64,000 nucleotides of DNA, taken from assembly GCA_022605425.2 (NCBI GenBank), contig CM061250.1, positions 124,001 to 188,000 of the forward strand, written 5' to 3'. The notes beneath the pieces are model-generated. The model was given only the letters and a program-made list of their open reading frames with translations, made no database searches and was not told where the DNA came from. Both the position numbers and the translations under genes were made by a program. Positions 1 through 12,500 of the stretch are shown piece after piece. Position 1 is the stretch's first letter, and each line of letters begins with the position of its first letter. The DNA comes from Hamiltosporidium tvaerminnensis FI-OER-3-3 (taxonomy: Eukaryota > Fungi > Microsporidia).

Positions 1-19
1 TGGCGAGAGAATACTACAA

Positions 20-340
20 ATGAAAAAGACAATAATAAGATTTGCCTTTCTTAGACTATTCAGTAAGAACATCAGAAATATCAAGAACTGTATTAAAACA
101 TTTAGAAAAAAATTTCCTAATATGGACGCCAAAGAAAGATTCAAGAAACTGAATAAAGAAAATCTTAGGGTTAATTTTGATATTTTCCAAGAAATTGAAC
201 TTTTAAAAAAGTATAATTTTCAAAATAGCAACAAAGCCAATTTTGAAAAAATAACAAGAATCTTGAGTCCATTTAGGAAGAAACAAGAAATTTCAGAAAT
301 TTTGAACTTATTTCAAGTGGCAAATATTGCCCGCGCATAG
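20..340 (+). CDS. Hypothetical Lys-rich ORF, possibly a fragment of the adjacent virus-like element
   Basis: 106-aa ORF with no recognisable motif, just upstream of the primase-helicase relic. Confidence 0.25.
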   Translation: MKKTIIRFAFLRLFSKNIRNIKNCIKTFRKKFPNMDAKERFKKLNKENLRVNFDIFQEIELLKKYNFQNSNKANFEKITRILSPFRKKQEISEILNLFQVANIARA

Positions 341-789
341 TACTAACTCACAGATTTTGGCCAAGTTGTGAGAAACCTTAAAGCAAACTTTAAAAAAAAA
401 AAACAATAGTAGATATATTCATAATGAAAAATATTTTATCACGTAAAAAGAAAATTATAAGAGAGAAAAGAAAAGAAAAACCAAAGATAATTTAATTTCT
501 TAAACTAAAATGAGTAATCTTATACGTAATAACAACTATTTAGAAACTTTGAGAAAAATTAAATATTTTTTTTAACAAAAGAAAAATTGACAATTTACTT
601 TATTTTAAAAACCATGTGAAAATTTATTAAGCAATCAACGGAACCGGAACACTTTCAAAAAATTTATATTTTTCTATATCTTTTTATTTGCGAATATTAA
701 CTTGCAAGAAACCTGAAAAACATTATGAAACGTTACGGCAGGGAGCCCGAAAGGGACGTTACTGCCATATTTCCTATAATTTAAAAATC

Positions 790-3327
790 ATCGGAGTTTT
801 ATGAAATATGTTGACTACCCGGTCAACTTATAATAGTAGTGAGGAGGGGTGTTGCTCCATTGAGTCTTTCTGGAATTTAAAAACATTTTTTGTTTTAAAT
901 TTTCAGTTTGTAAAATTATTTAAATAAAATCCATTTTCCCTAACCCCCAGTTTATTGTAACAGACGCCACGGGAATAGGGAAGTTCTCTAAACATATGGT
1001 GGTCAGATTATACAAAGATGGTAAGGAATACGTTTTTAAGAATGTTGGTGGGGTGTTGTCTTTTGTTTGAGAAAACCTTAACCTACCCGGAGTCGACTTA
1101 AATGTGTATAAACCAGGTGGTTGCCTTTTCCGATCGTTTGGTGCGTCTAAGGAAAATGTCGGCCGCAAGCTAATACCCGATGCAAAACACACTGGACCCA
1201 AGAAGACTGTAGAACTGATAGAATATTTTGTGCAATGGCCAGGTGAGTTGGGTGAGGGTGTTAGTCCTATTATAGCTTAAAATTCATTTACATGCTTTAA
1301 AGAAGAAGCCTTTGCCACTAATATACAACCAATTAAGAAAGTTGAAACCCAGTCTGAAGGGACTACAAATAGCTATTTTGTGAAGATTTTAGATGGTTTT
1401 GAATTTAAGTGGAAGAAACTATACAGGGCGAGCGAACAGGAACTTACCAATGGTGTATTGGTATTGTATATTGATATAGAGCCCTTGAATCTGTGTCCTT
1501 ATAATAATTGCACAAGTCAAATAAGACATATCTGCAAATAACAGTAGTTAGTGCTTGGTTAAAATGTCATGGGTGCAGATTAAAACCCGGAAATAATGTG
1601 TTGGAATTACAGCTTTCTTCCGTATTAACTAACGAAGAAATTATAATCTATTTAGAGGATAAATGCGCAAGCAAAGGCTTTTGGAAAACTCACACCAATT
1701 GTTTTTGAGTAAGGACCCGGAAGCAGGTGTGCCAATATATGATTCCGTGGAAGAAAGTCTTAAAGCTCGGGTTGGTTCACCAGAAAGGTTACGTGAGTTG
1801 TTAGGAACTTTAGAGCTATCTGACGGAAGTTACCATACGCTAAATGCACAGTCTTATTCTGTGGTTTCGAGCGATAAGGCATTTTCTGTGGAATTCAAAA
1901 AAGAAAAGCAGATAACGTCGTGTCAATCTGAACTCAGAAAATTTACAAAGAACTTCATCGAAGTTAACATTTACCCAAACTTAACGATAAATAACACTAC
2001 TATACATAACTATCTTATTCAAAGAAACACTGCCCCAATAGCAGGTCTTGAAGATTTCTGGAATGCAAATAGTTATGAAGGTTTGGTATATGACCATGGA
2101 TATTTTCTGCAGTCGAAACTGCAAGCTGATTTAGATATAGAAACTTCTTTTGTGCGTGTGTTCATGGAATCACCAACCCCTATCCTATTCGCTAGATTTC
2201 TCACAATAGTTTTCAATGGTAGAGGAATTGTGTATGGCGACTTGCTATACTTAGCCAATAAATTCAATGTTTATCAAGAACACAATAAAGAAGCAACTTT
2301 AGGCATGCTTGCGTACTTTGGCGAGCAACTGTTGAAAGGTTTAGACGCCCCCAGTACGATTTTCAAGCCAAATCATGCTAATAAAAAAGAGAGAGATGGC
2401 CTGTACACTAAATATCTGGCTATGAGATTTAGCCTCCAATCTCCTGGCTTCCTCAAATCCTGTATTTCAGTCCTATTTCCTTTTCTGCGAGACGAAGAAA
2501 AGGGTCTCGGATTCAATACTAATTTTTCTCTATTACCTTTTACAGACGGGGCTTATGACGCTGAGCTGAATAAAGTTAGAAGACTTGAACTTTCAGATTT
2601 TATCACAATTACTCTTCCTTATAGCGAAAAAGATTTGGTTTATTCAGATAACACATTAATAGCAAATTCTTTTTTGTTAAACCTGTTTAAAAGTCAAGAA
2701 GAGGTTGATTATGTATTAAACGAAATAAGAATAATGTTGTTTAACAAAATGAATGATAAGATATACTTTTTAATTGGAGATGGTGCTAATGGCAAAACAA
2801 CGTTTATAAACATTTTAAGAAATTCGTTGAGGAATTTGGTAGGGGATCTACCAGTAGAAGCAATATCAAATGTAAGAGCTTCAGGTTTAAACCCGTTTAT
2901 TGTTAACCTACGCCACTGTAGAATAGGGATAGTGGCGGAGTACGGGGCGCAAACACTACAGGTGGATATAATTAAAAGGCTTGCTGGCTGTGAAACAATC
3001 ACAGTTAGATCTTTATACGCTAATCCCGTCACATTTCCCTTTAACACGCGACTGATGTTGGTAGCAAACAACCTACCAAAATTTTCCGCCACTGTAGATT
3101 ATGCTTTAGAAAGAAGAATGCGATATATCTATTTTTCAAAGAACTTTTCAAATCCCGCAAACATATTAAATCCACTTGATCTTAATTCCAACAACGTTGT
3201 CAATTGCATAAGTTTAGGGTTATTGCAACTAATATTGAACAGTAGAATTAATGAACAAATTACAATGCCAAAAACGTTTGTAAGGTATTCTGCCTACGCG
3301 TTAGCTGAGTTACGATTCTATTTGTAG
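790..3327 (+). pseudogene. Decayed virus/plasmid-type primase-helicase: PrimPol-like AEP + UL52-type Zn finger + D5/SF3 helicase
   Basis: Manual translation: TDATGIGKFSKHMVV (KFSKH at 981-995, AEP motif II) and VDLNVYKPGGCLFRSFGASK (1092-1151, motif III). CPYNN/HKSN...KCHGC (1494-1576) is a Zn finger. ORF 1663-3327 has Walker A GDGANGKTT, Walker B IGIVAE and motif C LMLVANNLP. Stops at 1068 and 1278; frameshifts near 830, 925, 1510 and 1700. Confidence 0.8.
1663..3327 (+). CDS. D5-like SF3 helicase (P4/D5 family C-terminal domain), the intact part of the primase-helicase
   Basis: YFLIGDGANGKTTFINIL; RIGIVAE; IKRLAGCETITVRSLY; NNLPKF; ALERRM arginine finger. Confidence 0.85.
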   Translation: MRKQRLLENSHQLFLSKDPEAGVPIYDSVEESLKARVGSPERLRELLGTLELSDGSYHTLNAQSYSVVSSDKAFSVEFKKEKQITSCQSELRKFTKNFIEVNIYPNLTINNTTIHNYLIQRNTAPIAGLEDFWNANSYEGLVYDHGYFLQSKLQADLDIETSFVRVFMESPTPILFARFLTIVFNGRGIVYGDLLYLANKFNVYQEHNKEATLGMLAYFGEQLLKGLDAPSTIFKPNHANKKERDGLYTKYLAMRFSLQSPGFLKSCISVLFPFLRDEEKGLGFNTNFSLLPFTDGAYDAELNKVRRLELSDFITITLPYSEKDLVYSDNTLIANSFLLNLFKSQEEVDYVLNEIRIMLFNKMNDKIYFLIGDGANGKTTFINILRNSLRNLVGDLPVEAISNVRASGLNPFIVNLRHCRIGIVAEYGAQTLQVDIIKRLAGCETITVRSLYANPVTFPFNTRLMLVANNLPKFSATVDYALERRMRYIYFSKNFSNPANILNPLDLNSNNVVNCISLGLLQLILNSRINEQITMPKTFVRYSAYALAELRFYL

Positions 3328-5598
3328 TATTAAAAATTTGTTAATTTTAAAATACAGGTGTTAAATAAATAACTTTGGTTGAAGAATAAATGGTTTATTC
3401 TAGTTTGGATATCCTTTATTTTGAGACAATGCTTACTTCAACTGTTTTATGAAGACCGAATTATCTCTATTTTTTAACCTTTAATTTATATCTATAGGCT
3501 AAAAATACAGGAGGGAATCAAGATATTTTTGACTAAAGTAGAACTTGCTACAAATTTAAGATATTATAAATTGTAACTCTAATCCGAAGGTAATAGTATT
3601 TTCCTTCAACCGGTTTAAATTTTAATTTTTGTTTTATATAATATTACTTTCTTCGATTATCATTCTTTTATAATATCTATTAAGAAAGCATTATATTAAT
3701 AAATTTAAGTGGGATATAAACTAAACTAGTTCAAAAAAACATTAAACATATTTTTTTTGGATATAGTAAACTGTGAAATCTTATATTTTATATTGATGAT
3801 TTATGTACCTAACACAGAAATAATGTTTTAAATATGTCAAAAACTGTTATAATTTTTCTTAGATCTAGTTTTCCCGTTTGACTCTATAAATGATAGAATA
3901 CACATTAATGATTTTTTATTAGAAATTATTTTTCCAATTATATTTCAGATTGCTCAAATAGATATTTTTTCGTTTTAATAAAAATTTAATTTGGTTTTGC
4001 CTAGTTTGAGTTAAAATTTACAATTTTTTTAACTTATAACTATGTTTTAAGCAAAAAATTCTTCAAATTTTTTTTGTGCTAAATTATTTTATTTATTAAC
4101 TATTAATATACTTATATTTTTTAAGAAAAACGAAAGAAACTACTATATATATTAGCAACGTGAATATATTTTTTAAAACTTAGGGTGACTATAGCATTAG
4201 TTATCTTTCATTCGAAAGTATATAAGTCAAACGTACATAATATAAATAAAGTATTGATTTTTTCACATGTTAAATACTAATTATACAGTGATTATCGAAA
4301 TTAGGTAATTTAAAACATTTCTTTATATTTTAGGAAGTTTTTTTTAAGACAATACTAATTTCTTGACTTGATACTTTCAGTAAAATCTAGAATTTTTTCT
4401 TTTTTTAATTTAAGCTTTTTCCTGTATATAGAATAGATAATTTCTTCGGGAATATATGAGGTATATTATATTTAATTTGCGTAGGGTGGATATTCTCAGA
4501 GAGAATATCGAAAGTGCTATGAATTTATTATTATTTTTATATTATATATTGACATATTTTAAATCTACTAAATAATATATAAGTTACAGGGGTTGGTATG
4601 GATTGGAACTAATTCAATGCACAATGATATTCAAGTATTTCGATTGGTAAAGTGGGTTTTTATAGATGAACTCTGATTTATATGGTTTATTCTTCGTATT
4701 ACAGTCTATCTAAAATGCGATGATAAGTTTGAAGTAAGTCATTAGAGAAACCTATCAAAGAACTAGACTATCATTTTGTATTGTACAGTTAAAGCAAATG
4801 GTCTTGAGAAAATAAAAAACTATATATATGGCTGAATTTTTAATTCGTGGCATATTCTACAGTGGTCCTCATACTATTCCATTACGTAGGGATTTGCTAT
4901 TTCTGGGGAAGTAATTTTATGATGCCTTGATACAACTCTTTTACCAAACAAATGTAGAAGCCATACAACAAATGCCATCAATACAAGTGATACTGATATT
5001 ACTCGCGAATTCGCAGCTTAAAGTACCAATACTATTACTCTCATGCAGATATGGCTTGTTGAAGGGGTTATTTAAGATTATTTTCTCAGGCCTAAACATA
5101 AACGCATAGGCTAGTAAACAACTAACTCGTTCGATCTCGTAAAACAGTCGAGATTACTTTAATAAGTGAATTTATTCGCTTATGAAAATGTTGATATATA
5201 ATCGTATCAACATCAATACCTGTTTTACAGTACTTCTAAGGCAATGAGCTCGATAACGGAACAATATTGCCTATTTAGATGGAATATTTTTTGAATAATG
5301 TATATAAAGCAAGCAGTTTTAGATTTAAAAACTTATAACACAACAGGACCTCTTCTATATGAAACTAAATAGAAATTTCGAATTATCTATTTATCCCTAT
5401 CTTACTGACCTAATCTTCTCTTTGTGTATCTAACCCTCTCCTCATAAACTTCAAATCAAAATCAAATATTGTATATGTCTTTAGAACGCCAAATTCTGTT
5501 TAAATAAATGTGTTCGCCCTAACCCTACATGGCATAAATTAAGGGTTAAAGTTGCATAATAATAATAAGGATGATGATAATAATGAATCTAACAATGA

Positions 5599-6471
5599 AT
5601 CAATTACACCTTTGAGGTTTCAGTAGAATACTTAGACCTTGATCTGACAAACCTTCATACTTTTCTAAATGACATTATATATAATGTGGTTAGTAAATCA
5701 GGACTTCCTGTGACGGATTTTATCTTAAAATCTAATAAGATATTTAATTACAATGAAAAACTTACATTTCAAGAAATTGCAGAGTATGGCATACCGATCA
5801 TTGATTATTACCTATATATGAAATTTAGGAGAGATGATATAAAAATTATAATTGACCCTAATTTACCTTCATATAAAGAATCTGATATATCACGAATGAT
5901 GTTTTGCATTTATTTTATGCACATGACTAGGTCTAAGGTAGAATAAAATAATTACGAACCATTACCAAATTTCTTGATTAAAAATGTAGATCTTCCTAGG
6001 CCTTATAGCGAAATGTTATCTATAATATCTAATAATAAACTAGATAATATTAATCATTCATAGATAAGAAATATTGAAATAGAACGATTTTCTAAATCTG
6101 ATCAACAGAGATTACATAGTGGTATTGCTGGTAGTCGTTTGTTTAACATATTTCGATCAAATATCCCTAAGAATTTAAATACTTGTAGTGAAGATCTAAT
6201 AAACATCTATAATGTTATCAATGAAGTAGCTGATAATGGCTCATTTTATGAGATGCATCCATTCTTCATGCCTATAGAATTAGCGAATATATCATTGTGT
6301 AAAAATTTATATAATTTGATAGTGAAATTATATTCAAAAGAGAAGATAGAATATTTTAAAAAGTGTAAACAATTATACGAAATCAAAGGTTATGATGCTC
6401 GATATTCACAATATTTAAAGTGGGACAAGGATACTTTTAATAAATTTAAGTCAAAAATAATACGACAATAG
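5599..6471 (+). pseudogene. Endogenous viral element: qinvirus-like (negative-strand RNA virus) nucleoprotein relic
   Basis: ORFs 5686-5946 and 6139-6471 share one frame, broken only by TAA 5944 and TAG 6061. Motifs PLPNFL, NINHS*IRNI, QRLHSGIAGSRLFNIF, FYEMHPFF and SLCKNLYNLI resemble the G-x-AG-x-R / HP / KNL-x-NLI pattern I recall for qin-like nucleoproteins. Confidence 0.6.
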
Positions 6472-6559
6472 TAAACTGAGGATTGTCTTAATTTAAAAGT
6501 TTGAATTTTGATAGTCTAAAGAAAAAAAAATAAGAAAAATTAAAAATATAAAAAAGGAA

Positions 6560-7650
6560 CTTTTGATGGAGTGGATTGAGCATTTTGAGTATATGAGTAA
6601 AACAAATGGACGGGAGACAAAGAAATGGGACTTATAGCTTATAAATTAATTGATGATGAAGATTATAAAGAAAGTCTTACCAAAACGTCCTATTGAAAAT
6701 TAAAAAACGAAATATTTGAAATCGCTTACCCTCTTGAGATGAAAAGAAAACTTGTCAGCAGCTTAGGTTAAATTAAGCAAACAGAGTATACTCTGATAAA
6801 GGAATACTATGCTGCATCATAAAAACATTAAGCCATATAGTTTTATGATGAATTTTAGCAAGAATGAATATAAAAGAAAACTCGAAGAAACATTTATTAA
6901 AGGATTAGGTGAAAATACCGAATTGGAACTAATAAAGCAAAGACTTTAGAATCAATCTTTAAAAGAAGTAATAAGCTATTTAGAAACTTTCGAAACAGTA
7001 TTGTTGTGCCAATTAAATCGAAGAAAAACGAGCACTAATACTATTGAGTCAACATCTCTTAAGACAGAAATAAATTATAGGGATGGAAAATGGTGTACAC
7101 ACCATAAATCACGAACCCACAACACTAAAGAATGTAATTTGCTAAAAAAAATTACAATAAAAAGGAAGAAACATTTTTAAAAAATTTAGTCCTAAAGCAA
7201 TACAGTAAATCTGATATGAATATTGAACTACCTACAATGATAAATGGCCGAAAAACAAATGTTATGATTAATTCAGGATCAAACCGAAATTATGTTTATC
7301 ATTCCATGATAAAAAAAATTTGATCTAAAGACCGAAGAATGCAAACCGATAAGAACAATTTTTGGTAGTGGTAGTAGCCAAATAAGTGATAAAAAGGCTA
7401 TAATTAATTTGGTATTGAATGAAAAGAATTCTTACAAGCTGAATTTTATGTTCTGAAAGATTCACCAATTGAAATCTTATTAGGGAATGAATTTCCGATT
7501 AATAATAAAGCTGTTCTTGATTTCAAAGATAAGAAACTAACTATTTGGGGCGTGAAATATCATTTAATTGGATCTGAAAAAAAGATACTGAAGAATGAAT
7601 GGATGAAAGACTTATTGATAACATTTGCGATATAGCAAATGATGAGGGAT
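6560..7650 (+). mobile_element. Ty3/gypsy LTR retrotransposon relic (gag + aspartic protease), decayed
   Basis: Gag-like MEWIEHFEY start; Zn knuckle KWCTHHKSRTHNTKEC (7088-7135); protease motifs VMINSGSNRNYV (7261-7296, DSG changed to NSG) and IEILLGNEF; many stops and frameshifts. Confidence 0.75.
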
Positions 7651-8099
7651 TTATAAATATTCTAAAAAAGGGTATTGGGTAAGATTGGATGAAGATAAAT
7701 ATTTTACCCATATAAAAAATTTTAAAATTTGAAGAGGCAGAATGTGATTTTATTTATATCACAAAATATAATATTTTTATTTTATATTTTAAAATAAAAA
7801 GGAGAGGTGTGCGTGCCATCAGGAACAAAATTAATAAAGACAATTTTTCTAAAAACAATTCTTTACTTTACAACAACAGAGGAATGGTGAGCAGGAATAC
7901 GATCTCCTTGTTAGAGAAGTACTTCAAACTTAGCTGCCTTCCAGAAAATTACGGCAAGTATAAAAAGTTAATATTTTCGTTGTAATTAGAAAAAGATGTA
8001 TGCAACAAATATATTTTTAAGAAAGAAAGAGTTTCATAGTGGGTTTGAAATTGGCAAATATATCAAAGAAAGTGTGTTGTTTATTTAAATAAAATTTGT

Positions 8100-9560
8100 C
8101 TTACTTAACCCTATCAAATAGCATATTTCTATTTTAAATACAAGGTGTTTATAATATAGACAAATTTATTAAAAATAACGGAGCACTATGACCGGATATC
8201 TATTAATAATACCCTCTTAATTTATATACATACCAAAATATTAGCACCTTGATAATAAAAATTACTTATTTATAGTTCTTTGCATTCCGTTAATTATTTT
8301 TATAAATTTCCTTATGAATAAGACCCTGTTATACTGCATTGAATATCTTACGTTACAAACACCTTGTTATTTTTTCTTATAGGTCTAAAGTACTACCACC
8401 CTTTTCTTTGAATATTTATACTATTGCCTTATAATAACTTGTTCGATGTTCTTTTTTATTTATTAGATACTAACATCTCTTAACATATTTAATTTGGGTC
8501 ATATTAACACCCTATTGTTTTAGCAAATAGCATCCTGTTATTAAAAAGTCAATATTATGATTGTTTAGACCCTGTTATAATTTATTTTAGTTAACAAGAG
8601 TTCAGTTTGTATATTCATATTATGTTCTATAAAATTCTGTTAAATAGCCTATAAATGTCTTAGTCGGTAACACTGTGTTTAATTTTCCATACAAGTCTTA
8701 ATTACTCAAAACCTATTAAACACCTATAAAAGTAACAAATTAAAACACCTTTTTGCAATTATAAAAATATAATTCAATTAAAACCCTATTAAAAATAGAA
8801 TAGTTCATGAACTAACTATTTTAATTTATCAATATAATTTATTATGATATTAACACCCCATAATTTTTTTTTCCATGATTAAATCCCTAAATTTAAAATC
8901 TATTCTTATACTTTCTTTTGTGTCTATATCCTTTCATATCTATTTTTATAACATATCTACTGTTAACACCCCTTTATATATCTAATTAGATTATTATTGT
9001 TCATTCATTCATCCTTGGCACTACAGCCCTGCGCGAGCCTTGGCCTCCCATAGTAAACCGCCCACTGGTCTTTTTCCAGTGGGTTTGTTTTCTTATCTAG
9101 TTTTGTAATAAGGTTGTTATAAGGGTGGGTTTTTTGGCCCTACGCCCAACCCTAACATGAAGGATCAGTCCCTTTTAGTCGCCTCTTGCGAAAGCAGAGA
9201 ATACTCCAGGCCAATTCTGCTCCAGACATGGTGGGGAAAGAATATTATTGTTTCTACCTGTCACGGAATGCTTATTACTTAAGAGCACTAAATATTTCAA
9301 CCCCATAATCTTTACAACCTTATTAAATCTTTCTAATTATATTCAGATAATTAACACCCTATAGATATATCAAAAACAATATCACTCTTCATCAACTAGT
9401 AATGTTGATAACAGTCTTATAATTACTACTCTTATCATTAATACCCTTTTTCAATCACTATCAACTTAATACATTTTTTTAATAAGACTTGTTTATTACT
9501 ATTCTTATAATTCTGCGTTAATTATTAACACCCTTGTAATTACTACCCATTAATAAACAC
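8100..9560. repeat. Dispersed TTAACACCC-like motif cluster
   Basis: ttaacaccc at about 8504, 8850, 8963, 9351 and 9525, plus variants. Confidence 0.5.
9002..9240 (-). mobile_element. Short non-autonomous bipartite RTE-like retroposon, copy 1
   Basis: GC-rich island. Minus strand has an RTE-like 5' motif (ctgctttcgcaagaggcgactaaaaggg...gggttgggcgtagggc) and 3' end (ggaggccaaggctcgcgcagggctgtagtgccaagga) with a (TGAA)n tail. TSD tattattgtt at 8992-9001 and 9243-9252. Confidence 0.75.
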
Positions 9561-12500
9561 CTTTTAACTATTTTTTCTTCTTACTTTCTTATTATTTTAA
9601 ATTCAATGATAAACATAAACCTTTATGTGTCAACAAATACAAAAACAATATCAATTAACAAAATATACAATTTTTTTATAGAAATACCAAATTATCGAAT
9701 TTTACTCAATTGATTTTATTCTTCGTCAATGAAAATAGAAATAAAACTAGATTATTTTCTAAATTATATCCTAAAATCCTTAATTTCTTGTTTGATAAAA
9801 AAAATAACTGTTGTATTTAATTTGCCTTGTAACATTTATTCTGATTTTTTTAATTAATGCAAAACAAATCTGTAAAATATTAGAAGAATTGTTTTTAGAT
9901 TTGGTTTCTATGTATTTTTGCTTTTCTAATAATGCTTTTTACACAAAACAATTTTTTCTTAATTTTTTTTGTATAAATCTATTTTTTCGATATATTTTTT
10001 ATTCCATTATTCTTAGGACGAGTCTTTTTTAGTTTATTATCTTTAAAAAAAAAGAATTATTGATTGTGAATAAATTAAAGGACTGTTCCTTAGAATTAAT
10101 AGGTTTTATTACGCAATTTTATTTTTCTATATTTATATGGTTAAAATTATTTACAAAAGGAAAATGTGTCTTAAAATTATATTATCATTCGTTAAACAAA
10201 AGAGTTTAAGAATTACAGAAGTTAAAAAATTAAATATAGTTTCCTATCGTGCAATATAAAAATTCTTCTAATTTAGCTTTTTTACGCTTGTTTTATATAT
10301 CTAAAGAAATTTATATGGTAATTGGATTTATATCGGACACGTTTTATATATTAAGTAAATTTCTTTTTGTAACAATAATAAAATATCTTTTAAAGGAGGG
10401 AATAGAATATGTTATCTATCTATTTTTATAATAATGTACTGCTGAATAATTCATTTAAAAATATGGCAATACATACTTCCGCTATTCAAATTTTCAAGCA
10501 TGAGAGATCAAATTGAAATAGGTCTTTTAAGTTACTGGTTACAAAAATATTTATAAATGAAAAAAATATGGCTACTAAATGATTTCAAAGAAAAAAAATA
10601 TTTTCGAAATTTGTTTTAAAAATTTAAAATAAGGGTAAAAATTCAGTAATAGTTAAGTAAATATAAAAATAAATTAAAATCATCAAAGAACATACAGAAA
10701 ATCTTTTTTAGTTTCCATTATCACTGATTTTTTTACTAAATAAATTAGGAATTATTTATCTAATGGATAGAATTTAACATATTTACAGTTTTCAAAGAAA
10801 CTACTTTTATACAAATTATGTTCATAATTTATTTAAAAATATAACTTTGTATGTTTTTACTCCTTTTCTCATGGTTATTCAATTGCAGTGAATTGATATG
10901 TTTGCAAAACTATTTGCCTGATTGTATCTATTTTCTTTTAAATTATACAAAAAAAAGTAATTTTTAGCAAATTCTTAAAATTTTTATTTTCAAGAAATAT
11001 TTTTTATCAATAATAAAGCTTGTTATAATTTTGAACAACTTATTAATTCTCTTCAAGTTCGAAAAAAGATTAATATAGTAGAAGAGGTTATATAAGATTT
11101 TAGAATTGTGTACGAACTTTTTTTTATATTTAATGTTTTAATCTATTTTTTTAATATTCCTAAAAATCTCGAATTGTATTGTATTTCTGGTATTTTTCTA
11201 CTTAAAATATTCATGTTAATACTGAACTTAAATCTATTATGATATTTTGCTAGAACAATCTTAAAAAAGTAGTTTAGATATTATTAAAATAAAAAATTTT
11301 AATGTTAGATAAGTGAGGAATAATATAGAAAACCATATTTTAAATCAATAATACAACGATCTCTTATTTATTTGTATCGTTTGTATTTAGAATGCAATTC
11401 TCTTTGAAATTATTCAAATTAAAATTTAAATTTTTTTTATTTATATTCTATAGTCCCTTTCAAGTAATTTATCAATAATAGTTAAGATAAATTTTTGAAT
11501 TTGTAATAATTTATCCTAAATTTTAAATATATTTATATGATTTTTTTCGGGTAAGCCGACTCTTGTGTATTCTAAAATAATTTATTTATGTACTCTTGGT
11601 ATTCTTAGCTCTAGAATATCATAGCTAAATTTCTCTGTATCTATTTTAATGAAGTGCTGTAATAATTTTAAAAAGCAGTTTGTAAATTTCTCTTTATTTG
11701 TTTCAAACGTTCTATTATGTAATAATACCAAAAAATAGCAAATTAATTTGATATTCTACAAAAATATGTCGTGAGGTATGTAGAAGTACACTTTTATTTG
11801 TTTTCTTCTTTTCCAATCATCCAAAAATCTATAAAAATAGAAGATTTAACACTATTCTAAAACTTTTACTAAATAATTAGAGTTTGTTCAAATTCGAAAT
11901 TTATTTTTATAAAAACCTATTTATCATATAAAGATTTAGATATTTGAAAGACTCAATAATACTCATTAATTTATCTAGATATATTCACGAAATATTAGAT
12001 TATATTATGACCAAAGACTTATTCCTGTTTATAATAATCTTATAAATTAGCATTAATTTAAAAATTTTAATTTGTTTGATTAGATGGATACCAGAAAATT
12101 TATTTTAAAACAATTTTTATTTAAATTGAATTATATAAATTCTATACTGGTCTTAAAAAACGTCAAGTTACATTAAATTCTATATATATTTTGCTCAATT
12201 GGGCGTTTATTTCTTAGGTTTTCAAGAACGAAGAGGTTCACTTGATAGTAGTTAAATTTTTTATCATTGGATGCATAAATATGCTTTTGAAAATTTTTCT
12301 TTTGTAATTAAATATGTTGAGATTATAACTATATATTTATAAATATCATATGGATAATTTAAAACGCTCAAAAAATAGTATGAAATAAAGCTGATTCGAT
12401 CAACGTAAATTTTAACTAATATTTATTAGCAAATATGGAATTTTTGTTTCGAAACGTAATAATTTAAAAAATTTCTCAAATTGATAAATTTTTACTATTA

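Noticed and set aside
920-1201. Minus-strand 93-aa ORF (also 2073-2267 and 2709-3092)
   Set aside because: Antisense shadows of the primase-helicase on the + strand
9140-9240. HDV-like ribozyme at the 5' end of the RTE-like element
   Set aside because: I could not fit the nested double pseudoknot by hand; left as an untested possibility
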